Made by a program: the position numbers and the translations under genes
Shown: piece after piece, positions 13,620 through 25,885 of the stretch
Numbering within the stretch: the stretch's first letter is position 1
Layout: the number at the start of each line of letters is the position of its first letter
Notes under the pieces: generated by a model
Databases searched by the model: none
What the model saw: only the letters and a program-made list of their open reading frames with translations
Told to the model about the DNA's origin: nothing
NCBI GenBank assembly: GCA_964016885.1
Contig: OZ024740.1
Span: 281,232,001-281,296,000, forward strand
Length of the DNA: 64,000 bases
From: Eledone cirrhosa
Lineage: Eukaryota
Direction of reading: 5' to 3'

Positions 13620-14455
13620 AATAATAATTGTTTCTACTTTAGGCACAAGGCCAGCAATCACTCAGTACATTACTGGTACTATATTTTATCGACTCCGAAA
13701 GGATGAAAGGCAAAGTTAACGTCGGCGGGATTTGAACTCAGACTGTAAAGGGACGTAACTATGCTAGAAAGCATGGCGTCCAACCCTCTACCGATACTGC
13801 CAATTCACCGCTAACATCCAATAATAATAATGATGATCATGATAATAATTGTTTCTACTTTTGTCACAAGGCCAGCACTTATCCAGTGCATTACTGGTAC
13901 TTTATTTTATCGATCCCTTAAGGAAGGATGAAAGGCAAAGTCAACCTCGGCGGGATTTTAACTCAGAACGTAACTATGTACTCTAAAGCATAGCGTCTGA
14001 CCCTCCACTGATATTGCCAATCCACTACCCTTTGATGATGATAATAATACTAATTGTTTCTACTTTAGGCACAAGGCCAGCATTTTGAAGGGGAAGCGAA
14101 CGTCGATTAAATCGACTCCAGTGCATTACTGGTGCTTTATTTATCGACCCTGTAAGGATGAAAGGCAAAGCTAACCTCGGCGGGATTTGAACTCAGAATA
14201 TAAAGGGCCGTAAATTATAATAATTGTTTCTATTTTAGGCACAAGGCCAGCAATAACTCAGTACATTACTGGTACTTTATTTTATCGACCCCGTAAGGAG
14301 GAAAAGCAAAGTAAACCTCGGCGGGATTTGAACTTAGATCATAAAGGGACGTAACTCTATGTTTCAAAGCATGGTGTCAGAGTAAATTATAATAATGATT
14401 TCTCGTATAGGCAAAAGCCCAGTAATTATGGGGAGGGGAAGTCGATTAAATCGAA
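13620..14455 (-). mobile_element. Head-to-tail array of five SINE copies
   Basis: Copies at about 13620-13811, 13843-14030, 14045-14212, 14216-14380 and a partial one at 14390-14455, separated by short TAA/TGA repeats. Confidence 0.9.
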
Positions 14456-14459
14456 TTTT

Positions 14460-15660
14460 TCTGGTTAATATTTGCTTCTGTTACTGCCTCGCATTCCCTC
14501 AGAGCAGTGCCGATCGCTCCGATATGTTTGGCGCTCGACGCCACTACGGTGACGACGATGGCATAAGCTGATTCGGTTCTCCCCTATTTAAGTTGGCACA
14601 GGATGCCCCTCAACATCTCCAGTGTGTGCAGTAATGGCACTAGAGTCAATGCATACAACAGAGACGAGAGGCGAGAGGGGAAAACCTTGTCTAACCGAGC
14701 GCTGATCGATTCCGTAAGGTAACCGTTCACTCTCTCCACAGAGCAGATGTCGCAGTGCATGGCAGCGATCCACAGGTCCAAAGCCGGCTTCCAGGGAAAA
14801 CCGCCGCCAGGTATCAATGGTCGACTCTATCGAATGCTTTTGGTTGATTCAAGTTGATCAGGGCCCAACCCTTGCCAGGTTCCTTAGCTACACTCTCCCT
14901 GATGTATCGCATGAGGTGGAGGATGTCGTGGATGGATCTGTCTGGAATGGTGCATGTCAGCGCCTCTCCCACTAGACTCCCGATGACAAGCGCCAACTTC
15001 ATCGTTAATACCTTGGCCGACATTTTAAACTCTGCGCTTAGCAGAGTTATAGGCCTGAAATTATTCATGTAGTCCCCCTCGTTCGGGTCCTTTCTCAGCT
15101 GCACTACAGCTCCTCGGCTCACAGAACTGGGGATCATCTGGTTCTGCTGCCAGTTGTAGTCGACATCTGCCAAAAGATCGCCGAACATGTCCGGATGTAA
15201 ACGTAAAGTTCGTAGGGCAGACCATCCAAACCAGGTGATTTACCTCTTGAGGGGAACTTGGGTTACTCTAACCCTAACGAATTGTTGTCCACAGTACGTT
15301 GGCACCATGGTGATCTTTTCGTTGCGAAGTGGTGTAATGCAGTGTGCCCTGGCTTCTTGAGGTACGTCGAAGAGAACATCCACAGTTCCATATTCTGTCC
15401 TCAGGTTATGTATGTTAGTGACACTACTACCACCCCTCTCTTAACAGGAGGTAGTGAGGGAATAGTGGTGGTAGCGATGATGCAATGGTGGCGGTGGTGA
15501 TGGAATAGTAGTAATATAGTGATGGTGTTGCGGCAGCCGTTGGTTTGTATTTTTGTATTTGGCTAGATTTTTGTGGTAGTGGTTAGGTGGCGGCGGCGGT
15601 GGTGGTGTTGGTGGGGAAATTATTTGGCTGTTGTTTGTAACCATTTTCTTTTTTTACTAT
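14460..15660 (-). mobile_element. Internally deleted relic of the L1/Tx1 family at 18409
   Basis: RT fragment NFRPITLL, NLNQPKAFDRVDH, VRQGFPLSP (14520-15250) closely matches ORF2 at 21960-22720; 15250-15420 encodes VPTYCGQQFVRVRVTQVP, matching ORF1. Confidence 0.85.
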
Positions 15661-15907
15661 AACATTTCTGATACAAAATTAAATATTAAATATTGGAGCC
15701 CTATGCCATAATGTGATGCGTTGTCACTTCCTCAGAGTTAAGACTGGTATTTTATGTTCCATTTGTAGTAAGAATTATTCTATCACAATTGTTTTAAATA
15801 TGTCAAAAATCAAAAACTTAGAGGACTTTGTGCTAATAGCTTGATCTGATCAATTTCTATATCAGTTAGTAACTTTTTTTTTACAATATTTCTTCGTATA
15901 TTTCTTC

Positions 15908-15939
<32 letters not shown>

Positions 15940-18330
15940 TGCATTTATCTTGCTTTATGTTCATACGAGTTATCACCAAGTCACAACCAGTGACCTCAAG
16001 AGACAACAAGGTCCGCCATGTTCAAGAAAGAACATACATATTCACACATGCATCCTTAGTGTTTAGACTTGTGATGTACTTATATTGACAGGATCTTCCT
16101 TAGTATATGGGCAGTTCCCATTAGTACTATCTTTTGTATTTCTCCTATACGCGGGTTTCCTGGGATTTGCGATAAGTAGTCGTTAGACCCCTTAGGTATC
16201 ATTCCCAGAGCGCCTACAACCACTGGTATTGTTTTAGTTCTCAATTTCCACATTTTTCCAATTTCTATCTCCAGGTCCTTATACTTGCTCAATTTTTCAA
16301 ATGTTTTTATAGATACATTCTTGTCTATTGGAACAGACATATCAATTAGCAGGCATACCCTCCTTTGAAAGTCCTTCAATATTATATCAGGTCTATTTGC
16401 ATCTATTTTTCGGTCTGTTTGGATGCTAAAGTTCCACAAGATTGAGATGTGATCTTTTTCAAGTATGGGAGGTGGTTGATGCTCCCACCAATTCTTTTGA
16501 TGGGGCAGGTCAAAATGCTTACACATTATCCAATGTATGTATTGTGCAGCTCTGTCATGCCTGTTTAGGTATTCGGTTGGAGCTATAGGATTGCACATTG
16601 AAATTATATGGTCAATGGTCTCTGGTTGTTTTTTGCATACACGGCATAATGGGCTGCACCCATTTTTTATTATGTTGGCTTGGTAATTTTTTGTTGGCAG
16701 ACACTGATCTTGTGCCGATATAATCAGTCCTTCAGTCTCCGATTTCAGTCCAGAGGATGCCAACCACTGATGGGTTAAAGTTTTGTCAACATCAGGATTG
16801 TTAGCTCGCTCTGGGTATTTTCCATACAGAGGCTTTTCTTGCCATTTCTTAGCCAGTTTCTGTAGCAGTTCTTTCTTTGCAGTTACTTTTACCTGCTTTG
16901 CTTTTTCTGTGTTTTCCATTTCAGCAGTAAATGGGACTTCTGAAATTTGTAGTCCATTACTGTATCTTTGTGCATCTTTTGTAATGGAATATGATCTTTT
17001 GGTGCTTTCGTGTTTCAAAACGAGTTTGATCATCCAATCATGTGATTCCCTTAGATATGTGGATAATCCAATTGTTGCAGTTTTCAACGCAATGTCTAAC
17101 TGGATTAACCCACGTCCTCCTTCTTTCCTAGGGAGATATATTCTATCTATGTCTGCCTTAGGGTGATGCATTCTGTGCATGGTTAAGAATTTTCGGATTT
17201 TTGTATCGAGCCTACGGATCTCTGTGCTTGACCAGTTGATGACATTGTAACTGTAGGTTACTACTGGTATGGCAAGCGTGTTTATGGCATCGATCCTATT
17301 CCTTGCATTCAATTCCGTTCTTAAGATTGCTCTGACTCTGCGGTAACATTCCTTCCTTATCCTTTCCCTCATTGTCGAGTGCTTGATTCCGTCTCCTTCA
17401 CAAACACCTAGATATTTGTAAGTTTTTTCTTGATCAAGCTCTCTTATCACGTTCCCCCGATCAAGATTAATGTCTGAACTCTTCAGCAGCTTTCCTCTGG
17501 TGAACGTTGCTTTGGCGCATTTATCCAGTCCAAACTCCATTTTAATGTCATCACTGAACTGCTTCACAGTGGATAATAGCCCTTGCAATTGTTCATCATT
17601 TTTTGCAAATAGTTTCAGGTCATCCATGTAGAACAGGTGATTAGACTCTATATCCATGTTTTGTTTCATTGAGCATTTTACTTAATGGTATAAGTGCGAT
17701 GCAGAATAAAAGCGGTGATAAAGAGTCACCCTGAAAAATTCCACAATTAATATTAACTTCTCCAGCTTCCAGTGATTTTGTTTCACTATTCAAAAGGAGT
17801 GTCGTTCTCCATGTCTTCATACTGAATGACAAAAACCTCCTGACAACGGGGGATATTTTGAAAATCTCTAAACATTTTTTCAATCCAACTGTGTGGCAAA
17901 CTATCGAATGCTTTTTTATAATCTATCCAAGCAATCGATAGATTTTTGTGTCTATTATGACAATCTTCCAGTATCATTTTGTTAACCAGAAGCTGATCCT
18001 TACAGCCATATGAGCCTTGTTTACACCCTTTCTGCTCAATGGGAAATAGGTCATTTGTTATCAGGTGGCCATATGTGTATTCAGTTAGGACTGATGTTAA
18101 AATTTTATACATTGTGGTCAAGCAGGTTATCGGTCTGTAATTTTTGGGATTGTTTGTCTCATCATTCTTCGGTAGCAGGAATGTAATGCCGTTAACTAGC
18201 CATGATGGTATCTTTTCTGGCTCCTTAACTATTTCATTGTAAAGTAGGGCTAACAGCTCATGAGACTCTGTGAAGGCCTTTATCCAAAAGTTTTGTATTT
18301 TGTCTTTTCCTGGGGATTTCCATTTGCTGG

Positions 18331-18334
<4 letters not shown>
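15940..18334 (-). mobile_element. 5'-truncated Dong/R4-clade non-LTR retrotransposon (RT plus restriction-like endonuclease)
   Basis: Flanked by (TAA)n at 15909-15939 and 18335-18408; coding region as in the next feature; short 3' UTR at 15940-16079. Confidence 0.92.
16080..18334 (-). pseudogene. R4/Dong RT-RLE polyprotein, two frameshifts (about 17880 and 17650)
   Basis: KSPGKD, NYRPITCL, EQKGC, IDYKKAFDS, GIFQGDSLSPL, FYMDDLK, YKYLG, GGRGL, CCHC knuckle CRVCKKQPETIDHIISMC, RHD, RPDII, LIDMSVP, KLSKYKDL. Confidence 0.92.
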
Positions 18335-18408
<74 letters not shown>

Positions 18409-18616
18409 GGCGACCTACGTAGTAAATCGTATCATCGTGAGCTCCGCAAAAGTTTGTTATTTCCGTTTGTTAAAAATTGCCATTTATGGAAAATTTTATT
18501 GTTAACTGTTTATAAGCGCACATACATTGTTTTCCGAAAAGGACACCCAAAAAGATTGGGGCCTTGTGCCCAAAATTAAAACTTTTAGGATAATCAAATA
18601 ATCTCTTTGAAAAAAA

Positions 18617-20583
18617 ATGGCTAAATCACCTCTGCACCAAACAGCTGAGAGCCTTCCTCACAAACTAACACCTCACACCGACACCACCATTGTAAATATT
18701 ACTACGTTTGCCAACACAAAAACTTTAAGCAGTAGCAATATTTTAAATTTGTCTCAGGCAGACATTCATTTCCCGCCATTACTAATCACTGTAGGTGTTA
18801 AAGCCGCCACCACCACCGCGACAACCCCCCTCCCCACCACCGCCACCAGCGCGACAACAGAAACAAAAGGAAAAAATAATTCAACTCGTGATGTCGAAAT
18901 GTTTTCAACCAAAATGGACTCTTCCACACTGAACACCACTGACGTCACCACCAGCACAACTGAAACTAAAATTAATAATAACAAAAATAACGATAACAAC
19001 AACAGCAACAATGACATTAAAAAAAAACCTTGAGTTTTGCCAGAGTAGCAAAACAGTGCAATGCATTTAAGGCGGTAACTCAGGAGGAATTAGAAAATGC
19101 CCCCAAAATGGTAAAGAAAGATGGGTACAGGGTCAGCCTCACCCTCCCACCTAATAAAATGGAGCATCGGCGCCTATGCACCGTGTCGTATCGAACAATT
19201 AATGTAAAATCGCGCCGAGTGGAACGGGCATCCGAGTCCCAAATCCAAAAAGCTTTGGGTCATGTGTTGGCAAGAAAAACCCACATCAGACGTAGACAGA
19301 AGTATGGAACCGTGGACGTGTTCTTTGAAACACCAGAGGAGGCTAGAGAACACTCCATGGTCCCATTAAGAAGTGACGACTTCACACTCGTCCCAAGCTA
19401 TTGTGGCTAGAGACTCGTAAAGATCAGGGTGACCCACGTTCCACCGGCCATCGAAATTCCCTGGCTAATATCGGCCGTCCTCGCCGGCATCGAAGCCAAC
19501 ACAAAGATAATAGCAATAGCAAAAGAAAAGCAGGAGAACTGGTCCGGATCTGGGATGGAGCTCCTGATCCAAGCGGACCCAAAATGCATTGACGATATCC
19601 CAGAGGTAATAGACCTCACTGACGGCAGCCACCTCACCGTAATTGTCGAGGGCAGAAGGCCTAGGTGTGTGGTTTGTGGTGAAGGAATCCACCTAAGGGC
19701 TTTCTGCCCTCAGGCTAAAAGGTTGAGGCCACCTCTCCTACCCACCCCAGTGACACAACCATCAACACCACCAGTAGCAGAGATGGCAGCAACAACTGTA
19801 GCAGCAACAACAGAAGCAACTATAACAGCAACAACCCCAGCAACAGTAGCAAAACCAACACCACCACCACCCAACGCTTCAGAACTAGCACCAGCGCCTA
19901 CACCATCCACCACGTCACAACCAAAACTAACGCCTGTGGAGGATTTTCCACTCCCCGGCCTATCACAACTGGAGACAGATTGTGCCGACGAGGAGTGGGA
20001 AACGGTATCAGGAAAAAAGAAAAAAAGAAACCAAAAAAGAAAAAATTCTCTTCCTTCCCCCTCCAAAAATAAAATACAGAGGGAAACAAATAAATTAACA
20101 AACAAAAAAGTTAGGACAGATATGCCACCATCCACACCAGCATCACCAACCCCATCACCCCAAACACCAACACCATCACCATCATTAACCCCAACACCGC
20201 CATCACCTACACCACAAAAGTCACCAAAATGCGAAACAGAAACAAACCCACAACAAACGCAAACAAAACAAAACAACCAAAACGATACACACTACACAGC
20301 ATTAAATTTGAACAACAACCAATTATTACACTACATGCAACACAACACCTGCATCACAGAAAAAGACTACACAACAACCCAAAAATTCACACCACCTCCA
20401 CACATACAGATCACTCGCATCACACAGAAAACGTACTTGACACTAAAACAAAAATTCCCCAAAGACATCGGAGACTTCCGACAAGCACTCTCCAGGAGGA
20501 TTTATAACGACATCCTTCCTGAGGAGGCCACAAGCAGTGAAAAGGATGGAAAAACCGCCCTTCCTCTACGAGAAGTAAGTTAA
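18617..20583 (+). pseudogene. LINE ORF1 (gag-like zinc knuckle protein), frameshift at A9 run 19019-19027 and stop at 19408-19410
   Basis: SFARVAK motif, CX2CX4HX4C knuckle CVVCGEGIHLRAFC, Pro/Thr-rich tract, EEWETVSGKKKKR. Confidence 0.82.
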
Positions 20584-20617
20584 GTGGTCTTTCCCATCTT
20601 TTCCACTCCTTTTCAAC

Positions 20618-23600
20618 ATGACCTCACTCAGAATAGGCAGCATAAATGCGCGTGGATTGGGGTCGTCATGGAAGCAGGGCCACCTGCTCAACAACCTCAG
20701 GTCACTAAACATAGATGTAGTGGGCATGAGCGAGACCAGAATCTCCGAAGCACGGGCCTTCGCACCGATCTTCGGCGGCTACGATGTGTACGCATCTCCC
20801 AGCCGTCCGAGATCGGGGAGTGGATTTGCTGTGCTTTTTCGGAGAGGTTTGGATCTTGCCATACGGGCCATCTTCCTGGTCCCAGAAGGTAAGTTGGTGC
20901 TGCTGGATGTGACCAGTGGAGACGGGAAAGCTTTCAGATTAGTGGCCTTCTATGCCCCGACAGGAGCAGGGCGGCCTGATTTCTTCCGGCGTCTGGAGAC
21001 CTTTCTTGGAACGTCCCGCTCTTTAGTGTTAGTGGGTGACTGGAACGGGATCTTAGTTGCACGCTGGGACTGTGTGGGATTAGTGGATAGGGGAGGTGGG
21101 TGCAAGAGTCTCACCAACCTGCTCAGGCGTTTTGAACTATCTGACAGGTACCGATTGGATTTCCCGAATGTACCAATGTGGACTTGGACAAATCGCATAG
21201 GGTCATCCAGATCATATCTAGATAGAGTATTTTGTAGGGAAATAGATAGGCCTAGCATAGGCTGTCCACAATTCAAGATAATCAGCTACACGGACCACAA
21301 ATTCGTGATCTGTGGGCTTGACTTAGATAGGTTTCATAGACGAGGACCCGGCTACTGGAAGCTAAACGCGTCCTTACCACGCGCAAGGCCTACAGAGACC
21401 GGATTAGCGAACTAGTTAAGTGGGCGTTGACGGGGGCCATCGTCAACAACAAGTGGTGGTTTGCTCTGAAAAGAGCAATTAGATTAGAGTCCATTAGGTT
21501 TAGTAAGGCTTTAGCAATAGAGAAAAATAGAGCAGAGGGAGAATTAGTTAGAAAATTAGACGAGGCGCTTTGCAAAGGCATCGCGACCGACGTACTTGCG
21601 GCGAAGTTGGCCCTTGACCAATTCTTCAATGCAAAGCACGAAGGCTGCGTTGTCAGAGCTCTCAGACACGAGGGGACGAAAGCCGTTCAATGGGCCCGAG
21701 TGGCGGAGGCGCGTCGTGGCAACAAAGCCACGATCCGGTCTTTGGTGGACCACGACGGGCGCATGCTACTCGATCCCGGGCAAATGTGTGAAGCTTTTCA
21801 GCGACACTTCGCTCAACTGTTCTGGGGCAGCGGCGGGCCGGTTCGAGGGATGGACTTTAGTGTCTACCTCGACGGACTGCCGCGGCTCTCAGCCACTGTG
21901 TCGGAGTGTTGCGAAAAGCCGATAACAGCCACTGAAGTACGGAAGGCAATGACTGGCTGCACAAGGGGTAAATCGCCTGGTTTGGATGGTCTGCCCTATG
22001 AACTTTACGTACAAATGCCAGACTTGTTCGGAGGCCTCTTGGCGGACGTCTACTGCAACTGGCAACAGAACGGGAGAATTCCCAGCTCTGTGAGCCGAGG
22101 AGCGGTGGCGCTGCTGAGAAAGGATCCGAACAAGGGGGATAACATAGATAAGTTTAGGTCCATAACTCTGCTAAACACAGAGTTCAAGATTTGGGGCAAG
22201 GTGCTACCAAAGAGGATGGCGCTTGTCGTTGGTAGACTGGTGGGAGAGGCGCAGACAGGCGCCATTCTCGACAGATCCATCCACGACAACCTCCACCTCA
22301 TGCGATACATCGTAGAGAGGGTAGCTAGGGAACCTGGCACGGGTGGGTCTTTGATAAATTTAGATCAGTCGAAAGCTTTCGATAGGGTCGACCATCGTTA
22401 CCTAGCGGCAGTCCTGAGAGCGGCTGGCTTTGGGCCCGTCTTCAGAGGCTGGATCGCTGCCATGCACAGTGACATCTGCTCTGAGGTGAGAGTGAACGGT
22501 CACCTTTCGGAACCGTTCAACATCATGCGCTCGGTCCGCCAAGGATGTCCCCTCTCGTCCCTCTTGTACGTATTGACTCTCGAGCCATTACTGCACAACT
22601 GGAGACGTTGAGGGGGGTCACGCGCGAACTAGGATGCGGAAGATCCGTGTCAGCATATGCCGACGATGTCACCGTAGTGTTGTCGAACGCCAAACACATC
22701 GAGGCGATCGGCACTACACTAAGAGAATACGAAACGGTGACAGGAGCAATGATCAACCAGGAAAAGTCAGTGGGCTTGCAGCTCGGCACCTGGAGAGGCA
22801 GGTCCATGCCATCCAACAGCGTCGTGGGGCGCTGGACGGACGGACCGGTTAAATTGCTAGGGGTCTGGTTCGGTCCGGACCTCCAGACGGACAAAAACTG
22901 GGTCGAGGTGACGAGCAGGGTGGCTTCTCTCACCCAGAAATGGGCCGAGAGGAAGCTATCCCTGAAAGGTCGAGCGGAGGTGGCTAACGTGTACATCGCG
23001 TCCGTCATCTACTACCGCCTGACCGTCGTACCTTGTCCTAAGCCTCGCCTGACTGCGCTGGAGCGTTTGCTCTTTCGCTTCTTGTGGAATGGACGCGCTC
23101 CGATGGTCAGGCGGTCCATCTGCTGTCAACACCCGCTACGTGGAGGGCTGGGTATGCCGTGGCTGATTATGCGCAGACACGCGCTCAGGCTACAACATCT
23201 CCACCTCTTCCTCGACGGTGATCAGGTGTGGTCGCCGTTTGCTAGACACGTTTTTGCCCAGCTCATCTCCTTGACGGAGCTGCAGTCCTGGGTCAAGCGA
23301 AGACCGAGAGGGAGCGCTTGGAGACTGGAATGTCTTCAGGCGCTCACAGCCCTCGACCAATCGAGCAATGTGATCGTTGGAAACTCCACCTTGGCGTTCT
23401 ATAGGGGATTAGTGGAGGGGAAGAGCGACGACGTACTTGGGGAAACTCTAGGCGTCGACGAAAATCAACTAGCCAATCTCTTCGGAAGGACTTTCGGGCC
23501 GGGGCCTATGGACAACTCCCAGAAATCCCTGGCCTGGCAGTGCTACCGGGGAGCTTTGCCAGTTCGGGATAAACTCTACAGGCATGGAGGTGCCGTCAGC

Positions 23601-24023
23601 CGGGCATGTCCGAGATGCGCACAGGGCGACGAAACCGTCCTGCACGCACTCGTCCAGTGTCCGAGCATTGCTGACTTGTGGGTTTATGTCGAACACCTGC
23701 TGTCACGTGTAGGACGGATCCGGCTATCAGCTGAGTCCATCGTGAGGGTTGCCCCGCCCTCTTCCTTTAGCCGGGAAGGGCAGCCAGTTTTTATCTGTCT
23801 GGTGGCCATGGCGAAAGAGATAGTATGGTGGACACGTTTGAAAGGGCTGAAGACGAGCACTTACCTCTTCGGTGATGCCCTGATTAACTTTTTCAAATTT
23901 CATTTGAAAAGGAAAATCAGGGTAGAGAGGGAAGTGCTCTCTTCCCAGCATTTTGTTGAAAGATGGGTGAGAGAAGCAAGTATGGCCCGAATGAATGGGC
24001 CTTCTCTGAGTATGTGTCTGTAA
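20618..24023 (+). pseudogene. LINE ORF2: APE endonuclease, RT and C-terminal CCHC; frameshifts near 21380-21420 and 22600
   Basis: SINARGL, SET, YAP, GDWN, YLDRV, TDH, YWKLN; KSPGLDG, LDQSKAFDRVDH, RQGCPLS, YADD, GGLG; CPRCAQGDETVLHALVQC. Confidence 0.93.
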
Positions 24024-24229
24024 ATTAAAGGTGGAAAACTGGGAGAGGGCACTTGCCCTGGTGGTCAGGGTCACTGTGGCTTTTTAATGGGCTTTCTCCA
24101 CAAATGTCCCTCGGAAGACTCCCCCTCTATTTTATGTACACGCAGAAATGCCCATTTGTACCGTCCTGTATTGTCCTGTACTGTCCTTAATGTCTACTTT
24201 ATGTAAACCATTGTGGTTAATAAAGAAAG

Positions 24230-24285
<56 letters not shown>

Positions 24286-24372
24286 GGACGGGGGGTTGGC
24301 AGAATCGGTAGTACGTCGGACCAAATGCTTCGCTGTATAGAGTTACCGTCCTTTACGTTCTCAGTTCAAATC
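24286..24372 (+). mobile_element. SINE 5' head (partial) directly after (TTA)n
   Basis: TGGCAGAATCGG ... cagttcaaatc. Confidence 0.75.
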
Positions 24373-24394
24373 TTGCATATGTTTGCGCAACATT

Positions 24395-25490
24395 AGCCAC
24401 GGCATACGAAATCCTCCACGTGTAGTGTGCTGGCAGCAAAAGAACTTCTCCCTTTCAAATAAAGCAGAAAAGCAGACGTTCCAATTTGGCGAGGTGCGAA
24501 CGGGGGCAAGGCACGACGGTTAGGCGTACACGATGTACGCGTTCCTCATCCCCACCCAACCTTTCGGTGATAGCTTCCTCTTAGCCCATTTCTGGATGAG
24601 AGTAGCCAGTCTGCTCGTTACCTAATCCCAGTTCTTATCCACCTGGAAGTCCGGTCCGAATCAGACCTCTTTCATCTTCACCGGTCCGTCCGTCCAGTAT
24701 TCGAGGATGCTTTTGAATGGCATGGATTTGCCTCTCCAGGCGCCAAGCTGCATACTCACCGACGTTTCCGACATCAGCTTTGCTCACGCCAACGTTTCAT
24801 ATTCTAAAAACGTGCCTACCACCGCGATTTCCGAGCTGTTCAGCACCATCACGGTTATGTCGTCTGCATATGCCGACACAGTCTTCCCACATCCCAGTTC
24901 GAGCGGCATGCCATGCAACAGCTCCATCTTTTGCAGTAAAATCTCGAGAATCAATACGTAGAGAGGGTATGATAGATGGCGCCCTTGAAGAATCGATCGC
25001 TCGATCTGAAATGGTTCCATTCATTTTCATCACCGAGCATATGCCACTGTGCATTGCCGCAATGCAGCCTCTGAACACGGGACCGAAGCCAGTTTCCTTG
25101 AGTACAGACTCCAGTTATCAATGATCAACTCTATCGAAAGATTTCGATTGATCTAAATTGACCATTGCCCCACCAGAGCCAGGTTTACACCCTACCCTTT
25201 CTATGATGTATCGCATGCGGTGTGGCTTGTCGTATATAAACCTGGTCAGGATTCCCAAGTGTTCGCCTCCCCAACCAAACCCTAGACGACAAGTACCAAC
25301 CTCTTCGCTAACAACTTGGTCAAAATCTAAACTTTGTGTTTAACATAGTTATGGGCCTAAAATCGTCTAACGTATCTCGCATGTTCTTATCTTTCTTCAC
25401 TAGCGTTACTACGTACCTGCTGACAAAGCTGGAAATACCCCTGTTTTGCTACCAGTTGCAGTAATTAGAATATTAGAGAACGAGTCTGGC
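24395..25490 (-). pseudogene. Decayed L1/Tx1-family RT fragment
   Basis: FRGCIAAMHSGICS, ILQGRHLS, GCGKTVSAYADDITV; homologous to 22020-23200. Confidence 0.85.
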
Positions 25491-25539
25491 ATAACACACA
25501 ATTCGTAAGAAGTTATTAACACTCCCCTCTCCCTTCCTC

Positions 25540-25885
25540 CAATTTCTTTTTCAAGTGAAACTTGAAAAGCTCTCTAAGAGGTCGAGTAAAAAGAAAGTGT
25601 TTCTTTCCATTTTCTCCATCATACAACTTCTTTAGCCGTAACTAGGGAGAACAAATCTGCCTACCCTTCCTGGCCAAAATAATGCGATGCGGCAACCTTC
25701 ACAATGGACGCAACTGGTATCAATCTTATCCGCGATTACAGCTGTTCAAAATAATTCCACTAGTCAGCAATTTTCGGGCATTTCACAACCTCACGCAGTA
25801 TGGTTTCACCAACTTGCATGCGTATCGAACAAACCCAGCTAACGGCACTTCCATCGCTGTGGAGTTTATCCCGATGCGGCACTAT
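25540..25885 (-). pseudogene. Decayed L1/Tx1 ORF2 C-terminal (zinc finger) fragment
   Basis: Minus strand RDKLHSDGSAVSWVC...ETIL...CPKIAD aligns with RDKLYRHGGAVSRAC...ETVL...CPSIAD at 23565-23680. Confidence 0.7.

Larger units (their letters stand above)
18409..24230 (+). mobile_element. Full-length L1/Tx1-clade LINE with lesions
   Basis: 5' UTR, ORF1, ORF2 (APE-RT-CCHC), 3' UTR with AATAAA at 24219-24224; (TTA)n on both sides (18335-18408 and 24231-24285). Confidence 0.93.

Noticed and set aside
13620-14455. CRISPR-like array or tRNA gene cluster
   Set aside because: Units are about 190-bp diverged SINEs with A/B boxes but no full cloverleaf; eukaryotic context and no cas genes.
19019-19033. 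Programmed -1 frameshift at the A9 run of ORF1
   Set aside because: The frame relation fits, but the element has other lesions and a homopolymer indel is simpler; the family consensus would decide.
19710-20276. 188-aa Gly/Val-rich antisense ORF
   Set aside because: Shadow of the Pro/Thr-rich part of LINE ORF1.
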